A stretch of 63,555 nt of DNA, filler included, from Octopus bimaculoides (GCF_001194135.2; 8 parts of 7 records of this genome joined end to end with filler, not necessarily neighbours in it); one strand, 5' to 3'. Positions 23,533 through 37,010 are shown, counted from the whole stretch's first letter. Numbers and translations: made by a program. Notes: a model not told the origin generated them from the sequence alone.

Positions 23533-25908
23533 AAAATAGAACAAANNNNNNNNNNNNNNNNNNNNNNNNNNNNNNNNNNNNNNNNNNNNNNNNNNNNNNN
23601 NNNNNNNNNNNNNNNNNNNNNNNNNNNNNNNNNNNNNNNNNNNNNNNNNNNNNNNNNNNNNNNNNNNNNNNNNNNNNNNNNNNNNNNNNNNNNNNNNNNN
23701 NNNNNNNNNNNNNNNNNNNNNNNNNNNNNNNNNNNNNNNNNNNNNNNNNNNNNNNNNNNNNNNNNNNNNNNNNNNNNNNNNNNNNNNNNNNNNNNNNNNN
23801 NNNNNNNNNNNNNNNNNNNNNNNNNNNNNNNNNNNNNNNNNNNNNNNNNNNNNNNNNNNNNNNNNNNNNNNNNNNNNNNNNNNNNNNNNNNNNNNNNNNN
23901 NNNNNNNNNNNNNNNNNNNNNNNNNNNNNNNNNNNNNNNNNNNNNNNNNNNNNNNNNNNNNNNNNNNNNNNNNNNNNNNNNNNNNNNNNNNNNNNNNNNN
24001 NNNNNNNNNNNNNNNNNNNNNNNNNNNNNNNNNNNNNNNNNNNNNNNNNNNNNNNNNNNNTATATATATATACATATATATATACATATATATATATATA
24101 AAGGTACACATATGTACACGCACACACACACACATATATATGTAAAATCAAATGTTGACAGTCTGACTGTCTTTACTTAGTTTCGAACCACGTTTCAGCT
24201 TCATTCTCAAGGATTTCTCTCTCTACACATGCCACAAAAATAAGCATGCTTTTTGACCGTTGACTTTGAAATATCTGATTACCAGACCATGTGAAGCTAG
24301 CCATAGGCACCATAAGGTTGGACCTTACATGAAAGGAAGTCTTTCTTCCTCTCAGTAACACAGGACCAAAGCCACTTCAAATCATTGATATACTTGAGCA
24401 GTGTGCCTTCTCTGGAACAAATTGACAAGTGACACTCACCCCCACCCTCCTTGATAGCCTTGTACTAATTTTGATTTGCCGTGTAAGTCAAACCGAACTT
24501 TGCTGCATAATTATCTTGGGATATTAACAAAACTTACGCATCAATTGCGTTTCTCAAAAGGGATGAGATTAATTTATTACACATACTTCAGTCATCTCTA
24601 CTATTTTTTTTCAACACTGTAGGCTATGCTTACGCCTGTTGTCCAACTGAACACCAGTCCATTTTGGATGTGTGCAAACACTAACAGATGAAGATTACTC
24701 AGGTGAAACACAAGGCGTGAAATTGAGGACCTACCAAAGTCAATGGATGACAGAAATTCCTGGGGTGACGAGCTAAACGGTATCCCGGTTGCGCATGCAA
24801 ACGTATAGTGCTTATTATAAATACAAGGGGAAAAAACATCCATTCTGGGCGGTTTCATTCTGATTGCAAAGTAATGTTTAAACATTTCATACCCAATATG
24901 TGTAATGTCTCTGATATGTTATATATAATCCTCCTTTGTATCTTTTAATCCTCTAATATTCTGCTTGACAGTGAACCGGATTGCACGCATAGTATGTTCT
25001 GGAAAAAAGTTATTTTCAATAGCCGACATATGATTGTATAACTTAGTGTTTTCCCTGCATTACTGTTCTGTCGATATATATTCGGACACTTTAATTTTAA
25101 TAATTTATATAAACGCAAACTTCATGATTACAAATATGGGAAATAATGATCTTTTATTCTCATTCGTTATATGATCTACAGCAACACGAATGCTAATCTC
25201 ATTAACTATCGGAAATAGATATCAACTCTCATCATGCACTGTAACAATCTCTTAAAGCATTTATATTTTGTAAAAGTTGTACATAACAATGAAATATTTT
25301 ACTTGAAAGTATAAATGAGACTGGGGAAGTAATTTAAATCCACTTGCCTTCAGTATTCTGTTTCTTCTAAAGACATGCAGCAAGTAAGAAAGGATAAAGG
25401 AATCAACATAATTTGGTTAACACTGGGTCAAATATATGATTTGGAATAACATTTGTACTGATACGTCTGTAGAACGTAGCTTTATGAAGTATGTGAGTGA
25501 GAAGAGAGGAGACGAAATCGCGAAATGAATTAGAAATAATTCTCTGGAGTTGAAATTTTCAATAATAAAAGAACTTGAAAACCACATTTTGATTTTAAAA
25601 AAATATGCATATTATATTTAGAATTTTAAAGAATTTTCTAAACAGTGTACATTATAATAATTGCATTCTTTGGTAAAATTTACATTGTGATAACTAATTA
25701 ATAGGCAACTTTCTCTATTAAAGCATACATGTGTATACATATGTGCATAAATGAGTATATACATATATACATACACTATAAGCACATACAAATATATATG
25801 TATATGTATGTGCATAAATGTGTATACACATATATACATACGCTATAAGCACATAATATATATATATGTATTTATATATCTGTATATTTATGTATATATA
25901 TATATATG

Positions 25909-25953
<45 letters not shown>

Positions 25954-27260
25954 GTGTGTACACACTATATATGTATGTGCGTGCATATATTGATATGCAT
26001 GTATATACTAACATATATATTTGTATTTGCGTGTTTGTTAATATGTTCACTCACGCGTAGACACGCACACACACACACACACACATACACACACACACAC
26101 ACAAACACAATCCCACATCGCATACATAGCAATCTTCAAAACAGTTACGGTGAAATATCCATGAATAGCTTCCTTTGAACTGACTTGGATTTATTGAAAA
26201 AATTCTACACCAAATTATATATATATTAATTTATTTCAAATTAATCAGCATGACGCGTTGTCTTGTACATTTAGGCTATTTCAAACATTCTATTACCATG
26301 GTAACTTTTGTAAAATAATAGATAATTTAGAAACCAATAATAAGACTGTTACATAAACATTCCTGATTTGCTACTACAACCGACAAAAATATATCCTTGC
26401 TTCTCTGGAATTTTACAAACGATAAAATTTAGATGCTCATTGTGAGCTCTTCTGTTGTTGCAAATTATAAAAATTCATTTTCTTTTTCTTGACTTCTTCC
26501 CACGCTTTATTAGTTATTGGATGTTCAAGTTAGGTTTTTGACTTCTCATGGTGCGAAGAGATTGATACTGTTGTTGATATTTAGCCCCGAAACTCGTGGA
26601 TGTGAATATATTGTAGAAAGCCATACAGTTTCGGTATTAATCTCAACTAAATATCTCGTATAAACTGATATGCTATACGGGATACTTTCTGGAGACGAAT
26701 ACCGCAATCTGTGGATTTCTACTGCATATCTACATTAATTATGATATTCAGAATGTTAGTTAGAAATTTATTTCAGATGATATGTTATAACAATATACCA
26801 AATGCTCTATGGTTACGTAAGTGTCAGTAACGAGAACAAGCTATTAAGATTTATTGACTATTGAGGGTGTTGAGTGTCAAGGTAGGTAATTAGACGGATT
26901 TAAGTGCGTATGGTAATTAGATATGGGTGTGGCATTGATGCCTGCAAGTCTCAGCGATGTTCATAAAGTCTTTCATTTCTTCAATGTTTATAACGTAGGA
27001 CCCGTAAAATTCTGGAAACTTAATCGTCTATCCTCTCCCTAAAATCTGTAATCATGCGCTTATGTTAACAGGGGGCTATCCATTTTCTCCGTTAAATTCC
27101 TTTCTGCAAATAAGTGATATATCACAATCAGTTTCTAAGTTGTAACCGTCTTAAGTAGATTCGACTTTGGTCTAATCTTTAAATTGTGTTGTAATTTATG
27201 AACTCATGTTATAAGCAATGCAACCTTTCTGGAAGTTTGCAAGCAGGCCTCTGAAATACA

Positions 27261-27361
<101 letters not shown>

Positions 27362-27782
27362 AGTTGATTCAACATTTACTTTGTGATTGAGAGATACTTT
27401 AAATCATTAAAAATGAATTAATTGTCTTTGTTTCCTCTACAAGTCAGTGGATAATAAATTTAAAACAAACATAGGTATAAAACCCCGTAATCTTCAATGA
27501 CATCCTGATCATGATCATGAACAGGATGATCACCTTCCCCTCCTCCTTCTCATCTTCATCAGTTTCCCAGCCACACAATAGTATTGTAGACTCGTGAGCG
27601 CTACAGAAAATTACTTAGCGTTATATATTCCGGCTTTCTATCATGAAAGTTCATATCCCATCGAAGTCAACTTTACCTTTCATCCTTTCAGAATCAATAA
27701 TATAAAGTACCTACCGACGCTTCCGATTACTATAATTGCCTTCAAAACTGTTAGCCTTGTGCCTAAGTCAGTAAACCACCAA

Positions 27783-28999
27783 CACTGGTCAACAAAATAA
27801 AACTTTTATTTTCTGGCATAAAATTTTAGATCTGTTTCAGACTAATTTTTGGGTGCTGATTCCAAAACTGACGTCAGATTTGCTCTATCACATAACATTT
27901 TTGTGCCATCGGTATATACCTTTATTTACCTGGAGCACACCGAAAGTTAACTTTACAACACTATATGTGGGAATTTTGGCTGGATTGTTCAAGTTGAGTT
28001 TTGTTTTAAAATCCTTCCTCTTCTTTTCAGGTGTGAACTGAACCACTGTGATCTAGTTATGGATACAACATCAAAAAGAAGGACGTGTTGTAATGACCCT
28101 GATATCTTCTGTTAAGTCTGTGGAAACTTCACTCCTCAAGCTCAAAGACGCAACATTAATAACTTTGTCAAGAAGTTGTATGTTGCTTACTTTAAAGTAA
28201 CACTTGGAGACCAGGACAAAACCTGGGCTCCCCGCAAACTTTGCAAAACCTATGTTGAAAGGTGGTGTGATGAGGCAATTCTTCAAGGCTCTTGATCACA
28301 ATGGAGACTGCTCTAGATATATATGTACAATCTTTCCAAGTCTCAGTGACAAGAAGAAGGCATGAATATTTGAAGGATCTCAAATAAGAACACTCTTCAG
28401 GAATCCACGTTTTGTTACAACGTTGAGTGCAGCAGAGACTAGAGCTTGGAATGCCTTCTCTGGTGTGGTGCGGATCTCCTTGGGAACAGGAAAGCTGACA
28501 ATCATCAAGAGAATGCGGAGGAGCTGATCTTAAGTTTGCAAGCACTTGGAGATAGAATGACTATTAAATTGCACTACTTACACAGGCACTTGGGTGAGTT
28601 TCTAGAGAACCTGTGTGATGTTAGCAAAGAACATAGTGAACACTTTCATCAAGATGGAATGGAAGAATGCTACAAAGGCTGATAGGACTCAAAAAATCTA
28701 GCAGACTACTGCTGGAGCTTGATGAGATATATTCCAGAAGCTGTGCACAAGAGATCGTTAAAAAAAAGAGCAAGTTATTGCAGTAATAAGATGATCAGAA
28801 TGAATGACCACAATGAATAGAGATTTTGTCCACCAAACTTAATTCTTGCATGGTAATGTGCATTTATTCCCACAACTCAATGTTTTGATTTATTAGATTA
28901 AACAGAAGACATTGTCTATTAAATATTGCATCTACGTATGTTTAATTCTTCTTTTATGAGCGTTAAATAGCTATTTCTAGCAAAAAAAAAAAAAAAAAA
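27783..28999 (+). mobile_element. Internally deleted Chapaev3-like (CMC) DNA transposon
   Basis: Starts CACTGGTCAAC; N-terminus CCNDPDIFC.VCGNFT..QRRNI..FVKKLYVAYFKVTLGDQDKTWAP joined to C-terminus LLGNRKADN..LG.RMTIKLHYLHRHL..FLENL..VS.EH.EHFHQD..MEE.YKG..LADYCWSLMR. The family name is from recalled motifs. Confidence 0.7.
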
Positions 29000-29099
29000 N
29001 NNNNNNNNNNNNNNNNNNNNNNNNNNNNNNNNNNNNNNNNNNNTTAATTAATTAANNNNNNNNNNNNNNNNNNNNNNNNNNNNNNNNNNNNNNNNNNNN
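29000..29099. other. Artificial scaffold-joining linker
   Basis: 44N-TTAATTAATTAA-44N. Confidence 0.95.
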
Positions 29100-29203
29100 G
29101 AAGGACCGCTCCGAGAGGTGAAGATGTTGAATGAAACCATAATTAACTGATCCTCTTGTATTTTCTTTTAACGAAAGCCAAGAACTTTTCAGCACGCCTT
29201 CGC
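29100..29203 (-). mobile_element. Mariner terminal fragment (irritans-like TIR), cut by linker
   Basis: Minus strand GCGAAGGCGTGCTGAAAAGTTCTTGG resembles GTGTGAGCTGAAAAGTTC at the start of the mariner at 61575. Confidence 0.55.
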
Positions 29204-29229
29204 ATGTGCGTATAAACATAAACATGTGA

Positions 29230-29740
29230 GCATGTATGTGTGTGTCTGTGTGTGTGTGTGTGTGTGTGAGAATGTGTGTGTGTATGTGTGCACGAGTGTG
29301 AGAATGTATGTGTGTGAGTGTCTATGTGTGTGTGTGTGTGCATGAGTGTGAGAATGCGTGTGTGTGTCTGTGTGCATGAGTGTGAGAATGCGTGTGTATG
29401 TGTATGTGTGTGTGTGTGCGTGTGTGTGTGTGTGCATGAGTGTGAGAATGCGTGTGTGTGAGTGTGTGCATTAGTGTGAGAATGTGTGTGTATGTGTGTG
29501 TGTGTGTGTGCACGAGTGTGAGAATGTATGTGTGTGAGTGTGTGTGCGTGTATGTGTGTACGAGTGTGAGAATGTATGTGTGTGAGTGTGTATGAGTGTG
29601 AGAATGTATGTGTGAGTGTGTATGTGTGTGTGTGTGTACGAGTGTGAGAATGTATGTGTGAGTGTGTATGAGTGTGTTTGTGTGTGTGCATGAGTGTGAG
29701 AATGCGTGTGTGTGTGTGTGTATGTGTGTGTGTTCGTCCG
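29230..29740. repeat. (TG)-derived minisatellite with recurring GAGTGTGAGAATG unit
   Basis: About 11 copies of (G/T)AGTGTGAGAATG spaced by variable TG runs. Confidence 0.85.
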
Positions 29741-29894
29741 AGTGCGTGTAGCAGGGCTCACTGGCAACATCATCATTCCGCACAACAGCATCGGCCTGCG
29801 TCCTCTGTTAATTGTTGACATTGCATCGTGGGACAAGGTGGAACCTCAAACATACACAGCAGAGATGAATGTGTAATACACCCTCATATATTGA

Positions 29895-29925
<31 letters not shown>

Positions 29926-30489
29926 TTTCTTACATGGACGGGAGGGGTGTGAGTGTCTGTATGCATGTATGCGTGTGTGTGTGTGTGTGCGTGAGTGCGG
30001 AAGAGAAAGAGAGTGAGGGAGGGAGGGAGGGAGAGATAATGAGAGAGATAAGCGATAGCCAGGAATATTTCAGATTATTTATTCCCTTGAGTACTTCCTC
30101 TTTTCAATAAGCTAAACGGACATATGTACGAGTGTGTTTGGGTGGGGATGTGTATACATACATATATGCATATACCCGCAGACACACACACACACACATA
30201 TATATAAGCACACACATACATACATGTGTATTCGTACATACACTCACGTGCACACAGTAACACAGATACGTGTATAGATACGTGTATATGTGAATAAGGA
30301 GTTCGTTTCCCAATCACTTGGTTTCAGCGGTACCCCAGCATGACCACAGCCTCAGGCTGAGACTCAAAACACAATACAGATAGATAGATNNNNNNNNNNN
30401 NNNNNNNNNNNNNNNNNNNNNNNNNNNNNNNNNNNNNNNNNNNNNNNNNNNNNNNNNNNNNNNNNNNNNNNNNNNNNNNNNNNNNNNNN

Positions 30490-32045
30490 ATTTTTCCATT
30501 CTGTGTTACATCAAAGGAAAGGTGTGACAGAACCCAGCTATAAAGTTGCATATTTGCTTGGGAAAAAAGGCAAACCATTCATCGATTCAGAACTCATAAA
30601 GAAATGTATTTTAGAAGTGGTAAGATGTATAGATCCAGATAAAGTTAACAAATAAAAGGAGGTGCCTCTTTCAAGGAAAACTAATGGTTATCGACAGCAT
30701 GAATTGGCATGTGATGTAAGAGAGCAGCTGAAAAATATAATCCAAAAAGAAACTGTATATTATTCAGTAGCTTTGAATGAATCCACAGATTCCACTGATT
30801 CAGCACAAGTATTGTATTTTATTCGTGCTATAACTGATGATTTTTAATTATATGAATAATTGCTTGCTTTAGGCACTCTTAAAGGAAGGACGCAGAGGGG
30901 GGGATAGATATTTTAACAACTTCAAAGAGCAATGCCACAAAGTAGGACTAAATATTAGTAATTTGGTAAATGTGTGCACAGATGGTGCTCCAGCTATGAT
31001 GGCTAAGAATGAAGGATTTATTGCACATATTAAAAGAGAAACCAAAGATCCAAGTGAACAGATATCTTTTCATTGTATTTTACACCAGCAAAATCTCTGT
31101 GCAAAATCTGCCATTTTAAATGACACTTTGCATAAGGTTACAAGTATTGTAAACTATATTCGAGCAAATGCCGCGAAGCATCGTCAATTTAGAAGCATGC
31201 TGATGATGGATGATGAAGTAATTAAGTGTAGATTGCCTTATCACTCAAAAGTACGCTGGCTGTCACAAGGGAAAGTATTGGTCAAAATTGTATCTTTACG
31301 AAAGCAAATAATTGTCTTTTTCAAAGGAAACAGTAAGCATTGTGATTTATCAGATCCAAACTTTTATAGAGATGTTGCATTTTTATGTGATGTTATATTA
31401 AAACAAAATGAGTTAAGCATTTCATTGCAAGGCAGAAATAAATCTATTTATGATATGTAGCCAAAAGTTCGGTCATTTATAAAAAAGTTGTTTTTTAAGT
31501 CTCTTTTGGCTAAATCACAACTTTTAGAGGAACACTTTCCCCAGTTTACGAAAGTAATGAGTGAAAATGAAGATATCTCTGAATCTTTTGAAGAATACAA
31601 GTCAGTTTTAGACTCATTAGTAGAAGAATACAACAAAAAATTCAGTGATTTTGAAAAGCATAACCTCACTCTGAAACTTGCTTTTCAGCCTCACTTAGTT
31701 GATTTACCAAAGATTCCCGAAGAGTTACAAATGGAGCTTATTGAAATGTCTGAAGATAATATCCTGAAATCTCAGTTTGACAACAGGGACGATTCCATTG
31801 AAATTTTGAAAAAAGGCGATAAAATATCCTCGCCTTCGTTAACATGCACGCCAACTGATTTCCTGCTTTTCTACAACATACTATTGCGAATCCACATTCT
31901 CGTACTTGACGCAAATCAAGAATTCACTGAGAACACAGTTGACAGATGAGCATTTAGAGGACCAATTGATACTAAGAACCACTATGTTAGAACCTGCTAT
32001 CAAAATGCTTTCTCAAAAAAAGCAAACTCAAAGAAGTGATTAATT
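30490..32045 (+). mobile_element. Decayed hAT transposase of the Charlie/SPIN/GTF2IRD2-like group
   Basis: YYSVALNESTDSTDSAQVLYFIRAI, VCTDGAPAM, FHCILHQQNLCAK, LPYHSKVRWLSQGK, DVAFLCDV and ELQMELIEM motifs; broken by stops and frameshifts; 5' end lost in the gap. Confidence 0.9.
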
Positions 32046-32060
32046 TGAATAAAGAGTATG

Positions 32061-32311
32061 TTGTTGGCGCTCCATCGCTTATGACGTCGAGGGTTCCAGT
32101 TGATCCGATCAACGGAACAGCCTGCTCGTGAAATTAACTTGCAAGTGGCTGAGCACTCCACAGACACATGTACCTTTAACGTAGTTCTCGGGGATATTCA
32201 GCGTGACACAGTGTGACAAGGCTGACCCTTTGAATTACAGACACAACAGAAACAGGAGGTAAGAGTGAGAGAAAGTTGTTGGTGAAAGAGTACAGCAAGG
32301 TTCGCCACCAT
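32061..32311 (-). mobile_element. SINE family C, 5'-truncated
   Basis: Reverse complement matches 12600-12850 closely. Confidence 0.9.
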
Positions 32312-32650
32312 CCTCTGCAGTTGTTAAAATCGTAGTTGTTACCAATTTGCGTGCTGGAGTGGTGGTGAAAAGAAGTGAATGTGCTTTTATATATACATGG
32401 ATGAGCGTGTGTATGTATATTTTCCTATATATCTTTTTATCATATAAAATACAACAGTCACCTAAGGTCAATTTAGATGCCCAATTGGAGTTTTGTGTTT
32501 CGTTTTTGCATGTCATCTATGATGGTTTTATTGCTTTATCATTTTATTTAACGCATCCCATTTTGAGTGCACTGCATAGTATTTGATTCAGTTATTTATT
32601 GTACTTATTTTATTTAAAATTCTTTCTTTTACATTATTAATATTAACCCT

Positions 32651-32808
32651 GGCAAAGTTCACCTCGGCGGAATTTGAGCTGAGGACGTAATGACAGGCGG
32701 CATTTCTCTGCCTTTACGTTGTCAGTTCAAATTCCGACCAGGGCGACTTCGCTAATAGACCAGTCCCCTTTCCCCAAATTTTCAGCCCTTGTGCCTATAG
32801 TAGACAGG

Positions 32809-32840
<32 letters not shown>
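32651..32840. mobile_element. Fused head-to-head SINE family A halves (fold-back) followed by a SINE A 3' end and (ATC)n tail
   Basis: 32651-32696 is a minus-strand B-box region and 32708-32752 a plus-strand B-box region; then CCCCAAATTTTCAGCCCTTGTGCCTATAGTAGACAGG(ATC)n. Confidence 0.75.
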
Positions 32841-35800
32841 TTTACTGTCTTTTCACAGCTTCTAAGGGTGGAGATGTACTACGGTGTCAGCTGTTCACTA
32901 CCAGTGAACTAAGGTAACACCCCTTATTTTTCGAACACCATCCAGAGTATTCGAGCGGTTCTAAGCAGTGCCATTTTCTGCAAGTGATCCACCCTTATTG
33001 TAGCCCCAATTTGTTCATGTACTTCTCAAGATTTTTACTCACTGTTCATAGTTCATCGAAAATTATTGGTACTACTACCACCTTTTTCCTTGACCACAAC
33101 TGCTTAACCTCCCAAGCTAACCTGTTATATCTCTCGACTTTTCTTTCTTCTTTATCGGCTACCTTCTTGTCAGCTGGGCATGTTATATCTATGATCCAGC
33201 ATCGTTTGGTTTTTTTCTCAATTAACACCAGGTCTGGTTTCCTATTCTCTACTTCACGGTCGCACTGAATCATAAAATCCCATAGGATCTTTGCATCATC
33301 ATTTTCGAAAATGCTTTCAGGTTTATTTTCGTACCACATTTTTGCTCTGTCAAGTCCATACTTGTTGTAAAGTGTCCAATGGACAAATCTTACTATTTTG
33401 TCATGACGTCTCATATTCTTTCTAGGCTACTGGCGTACATTGACTGGTAATATGCCATACGGTTTCACCGTTTTGTCCACAGATTCTGCACTTATCACTT
33501 TCTGATGTGCTTTCTATTCTGTATATGATGTAAATGGTTCTTAGTGCTTGCACTTGGGCAGCCCAGATTAAAGCTTCTGTTTCTGATTTTAAATCACTTT
33601 TAGTCATCCATAGTTATCTTTTTTCTCTATCTGCCTTATCTTCAACATCTCTATTAAATTGTCCATGCATTATTTTCTTTATCCACCTGTTTTCAGTTTC
33701 ATTCATTCTCAAGTCCTTGTGCACAGCTTTGTCTTTGCAATCTTCCATCCTACACAAGCTTGACCTTCTTAATTCCAATAATAGCGTTTCTGTGGCATTT
33801 TTTACGTACCATGCTATGCTGTTTTCTTCTGCTCTAATGCTGTGTTAGCATCCAATCAGTCCTCATCCTCCTCTTTTTCTTGATACATATAGTCTGTCTG
33901 TGTCACTTTTTGGGTGGAGTATCCCATATCTAGTCAGCACCTGCCTTCTCTTTTTGTCTAAAATGTTTAGTTCGTCTTCTGTCCATGCGATTATCCCTGC
34001 CCCATATCTAAGGAGTGAAACCGCCCAGGTGTTGATAGCTGTCCGTTTTATTTCGAATTAAGGATCAGTCTCAGTCTGCGCAACTACTCCACCTTAAATT
34101 TTTCTGCCATTTCTTTTTTCATTAATTTATCCATTTCCAATATCCCCAAGTACTTATAGACCCTCTCTTCTATTTGCTTCATAACCTCCCCCGACGGGAT
34201 CACTATCCTGTCCATATATCTAATTTTGCCTTTCTTCGAGTTTTACACACCACACTTTTTCAACCTGAACTCCATTCTGTTATCAGCACTGAAAGTATAC
34301 ACCGTATCAGCGAGGGAACTGACTTGGGATTCATCTTTACCATAAAGTTTGAAATCATCCATGAATAACAAATGGTTAACTTTTTGTTGGTGGCTCTTGA
34401 ATACATACCCAGCCTTTGCTTTCCTCAGAATCAGTGGGGACAGGCAGTCCCCTTGGAAGATGCCTTTTCTGATTTCTATTGTACTTAAACTTCTTCCATA
34501 TGGTGTCAGTTTCGTCTTCCATTTCGTCATACTTTTTTGAAGCAATCGCTCAACATTCGATGCAATACCAAACAGGTTCATACATCCCATAATCCAAGAA
34601 TGTGGGATCATATCGTACGCCTTAGTATAATCTATCCATGACATGGCTAACTTAGTTTTCCTCCTCTTGAAGTCTCTAAGTACAGTTTTGTCTACCAGGA
34701 GTTGATCCTTGGTACCTCTGCATTTACACTTGCACCCCTTCTGCTCATGTGGCAGGGCTCCATTTTTTCCAGATGTCCGTACATTGACTCTGCGACTATT
34801 CCGTTCAATAATTTCCATATAAGTGGCAAGCAGAATATCGGCCTGTAATTGTCTACCATGTTTTTCGATATTTTTCAAGCACAGCACTGTCCTACCCAAT
34901 GTCCACCACTCTGGTATTACTTGGTCGGCATTTAACAAGGTGTTGGGTTGTGTAGCTATTCGTGAATTACATTCACCAAATCTTTTGATCCAGTAGCATT
35001 GAACTCCATCTGGTCCCAGGGCCTTCCAGCTGCCCATTGTTTTGCTGATTTCCTTCACTTCTCTAACTGAAATGACTAGTTCTGCCTGTTTTGGACAGAC
35101 TACTGTTTGCTTCAGTTCTTGCAACCATTCAGCATTTTTCTTGTGCTCCTTGTCTTTACTCTAGATGTCACTCCAAAACCTTTGACTTTCAATGTTATCT
35201 GATATCAACTTTTCATGTGTAAACTCTCCATCTATCTGTAGAATCTCTTCTGATCTACTCTGAATAACCTATCCTGCTGGCATCCCTTCTTTCCTTGGTC
35301 GTACCTTACCATGTTTGCTTTCTTTGCAACGAGGCGCTGTTTCAGTATCATACTTCCTGTATGATACTGTATGATACTGTATGATACTTTCAATATCATA
35401 CTTCCTGTTCAGTGCCCTGTATTTTTGTTCGCTTTTAAGTTCTCCCTTCTCTTTTCGGTCTAACACAGAAAAGTCCGTCGAGAGCATATCTAACACAACC
35501 TGGATTCTTCTTTTCCACCATGGATCTTTTCTTTTTTCACACCTATTATATATTTTTTCTCACCAACAGCCACACTTTCTGCTCCAACAATATTTGCCGC
35601 CTTGATCAAATTAGTTGTTTCTGTGATGCTTTTTTGTTCTGCTGTATTTCATAATTTCATTCACATTTTTCGTTTCTTGGTTCAATTTCCACCGATCAGC
35701 CTTTTTAAGGTTGCAAATAATGTCACTATCGTTTTCCTATAGCCTTGTCTTTATTCTGTCATAAACTGCCTTCTGCCCATTTGTCATGTCACCATTAGTT

Positions 35801-36335
35801 TTATAGCCTTCTATACCATTTATATATCTCTCATCGGGCAAGCTATCACTGTTTGTTTCCTGTGGTTTATTAGATTTCGCTTCTGTTTTCTGCTCTGAGA
35901 TTACTTTTATCAGTAGGAACTGTATTTTCATCGTTTCTTCTGTTGCTGTTTTCCAATACTCGTCTTTTGAAATCTTCGAGTTCTACTTCTGTGAACCAAC
36001 GATTTTTTTCCTTTTGCTCTAGCTTGATTACATAGTCTCTGTTCCGTGAGTTGAAACAATCCTCTTTCTCTCCAATGATCATACAAACGTTGTCAGTATC
36101 CCCTAATATGAACTCCATTTTCATCTACAGGGTTGCACCGGTAGTACCTTAACCGGTACTTAACCGGTACACTCCATAACCACAGCATTGACTTGTTTGT
36201 TCCATCTACGCCGTGTGTGCTGGTCCCTTGCTGGATAACGACAGGCTGGAGTCGGACCAGTATCTCTGAGCCTGCCGGCTGCAACACTGTCACCATCAAG
36301 GGCTTCAGTTTCATTACCACTGTTATTCACCATAT
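32841..36335 (-). mobile_element. Near-full-length decayed R4/Dong-clade non-LTR retrotransposon (RT, zinc knuckle, restriction-like endonuclease)
   Basis: N-terminus RRRWNKQVNAVVMEC..R.NP..RGY and RWFTEVELE; RT KALGPDG, EQKGC, WIDYTKAYDMIPHSWI, GIFQGDCLSPL, NHLLFMDDFKLY; CRICGQNGETVWHITSQC; RHDKIV..ILWDF..PDLVLIEK..IIDITCP..K..RY; C-terminus QKMALLRTARILW with stop at 32924-32926; multiple frameshifts. Confidence 0.9.
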
Positions 36336-36554
36336 TTTTGTTTTTTCAGTGTTACACATATGAAGTAGCGATTATCAGGTTGCGCAATTACCAGTGTTTA
36401 TATTGTGAAACCATCACTAGATGTTTCATTAATCAGGACATGGGGAAATTCCAACCGCTTCCTTTCATTATTATTATAATCACTGATATTATTTTCATTT
36501 TTTTAATATTTGTCATTGTTAATATTTCCTCTGATCCAACATGTATTTTGGCTA

Positions 36555-36799
<245 letters not shown>

Positions 36800-36800
<1 letters not shown>

Positions 36801-37010
36801 TCAGACAGATACATAAAAAAACACCAGGACTTACAAATATATATATAACATACAGAAAATTGCACCACTGGGCACTGCACACATCCTACGCAAAACACTT
36901 TCAATACAGTAACCATAAGAGCATCACAGCAAACCACAGCACATACCCAAGGCGCACAGTGCTGCGCTCGGTAGTGAAGTGAAAGCACGCTATAAAAATA
37001 AAACTACTGA
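36800..37010 (+). mobile_element. Short 3' end of another R4/Dong-like LINE
   Basis: IQKIAPLGTAHILRKTLSIQ* matches the QK..LLGT..ILR C-terminus of RLE LINEs; about 100-bp 3' UTR; (AAT)n upstream and an AAT-rich tract downstream. Confidence 0.7.

Noticed and set aside
24623-24685. Possible exon after an acceptor-like TTTTTTTCAACACTGTAG, reading YAYACCPTEH (vicinal cysteines as in nicotinic receptor loop C)
   Set aside because: The frame stops after about 20 codons with no donor, and the residues after CCP do not fit the family
29230-29740. CRISPR-like repeat-spacer pattern
   Set aside because: The spacers are just TG runs of variable length in a eukaryotic context, with no cas genes
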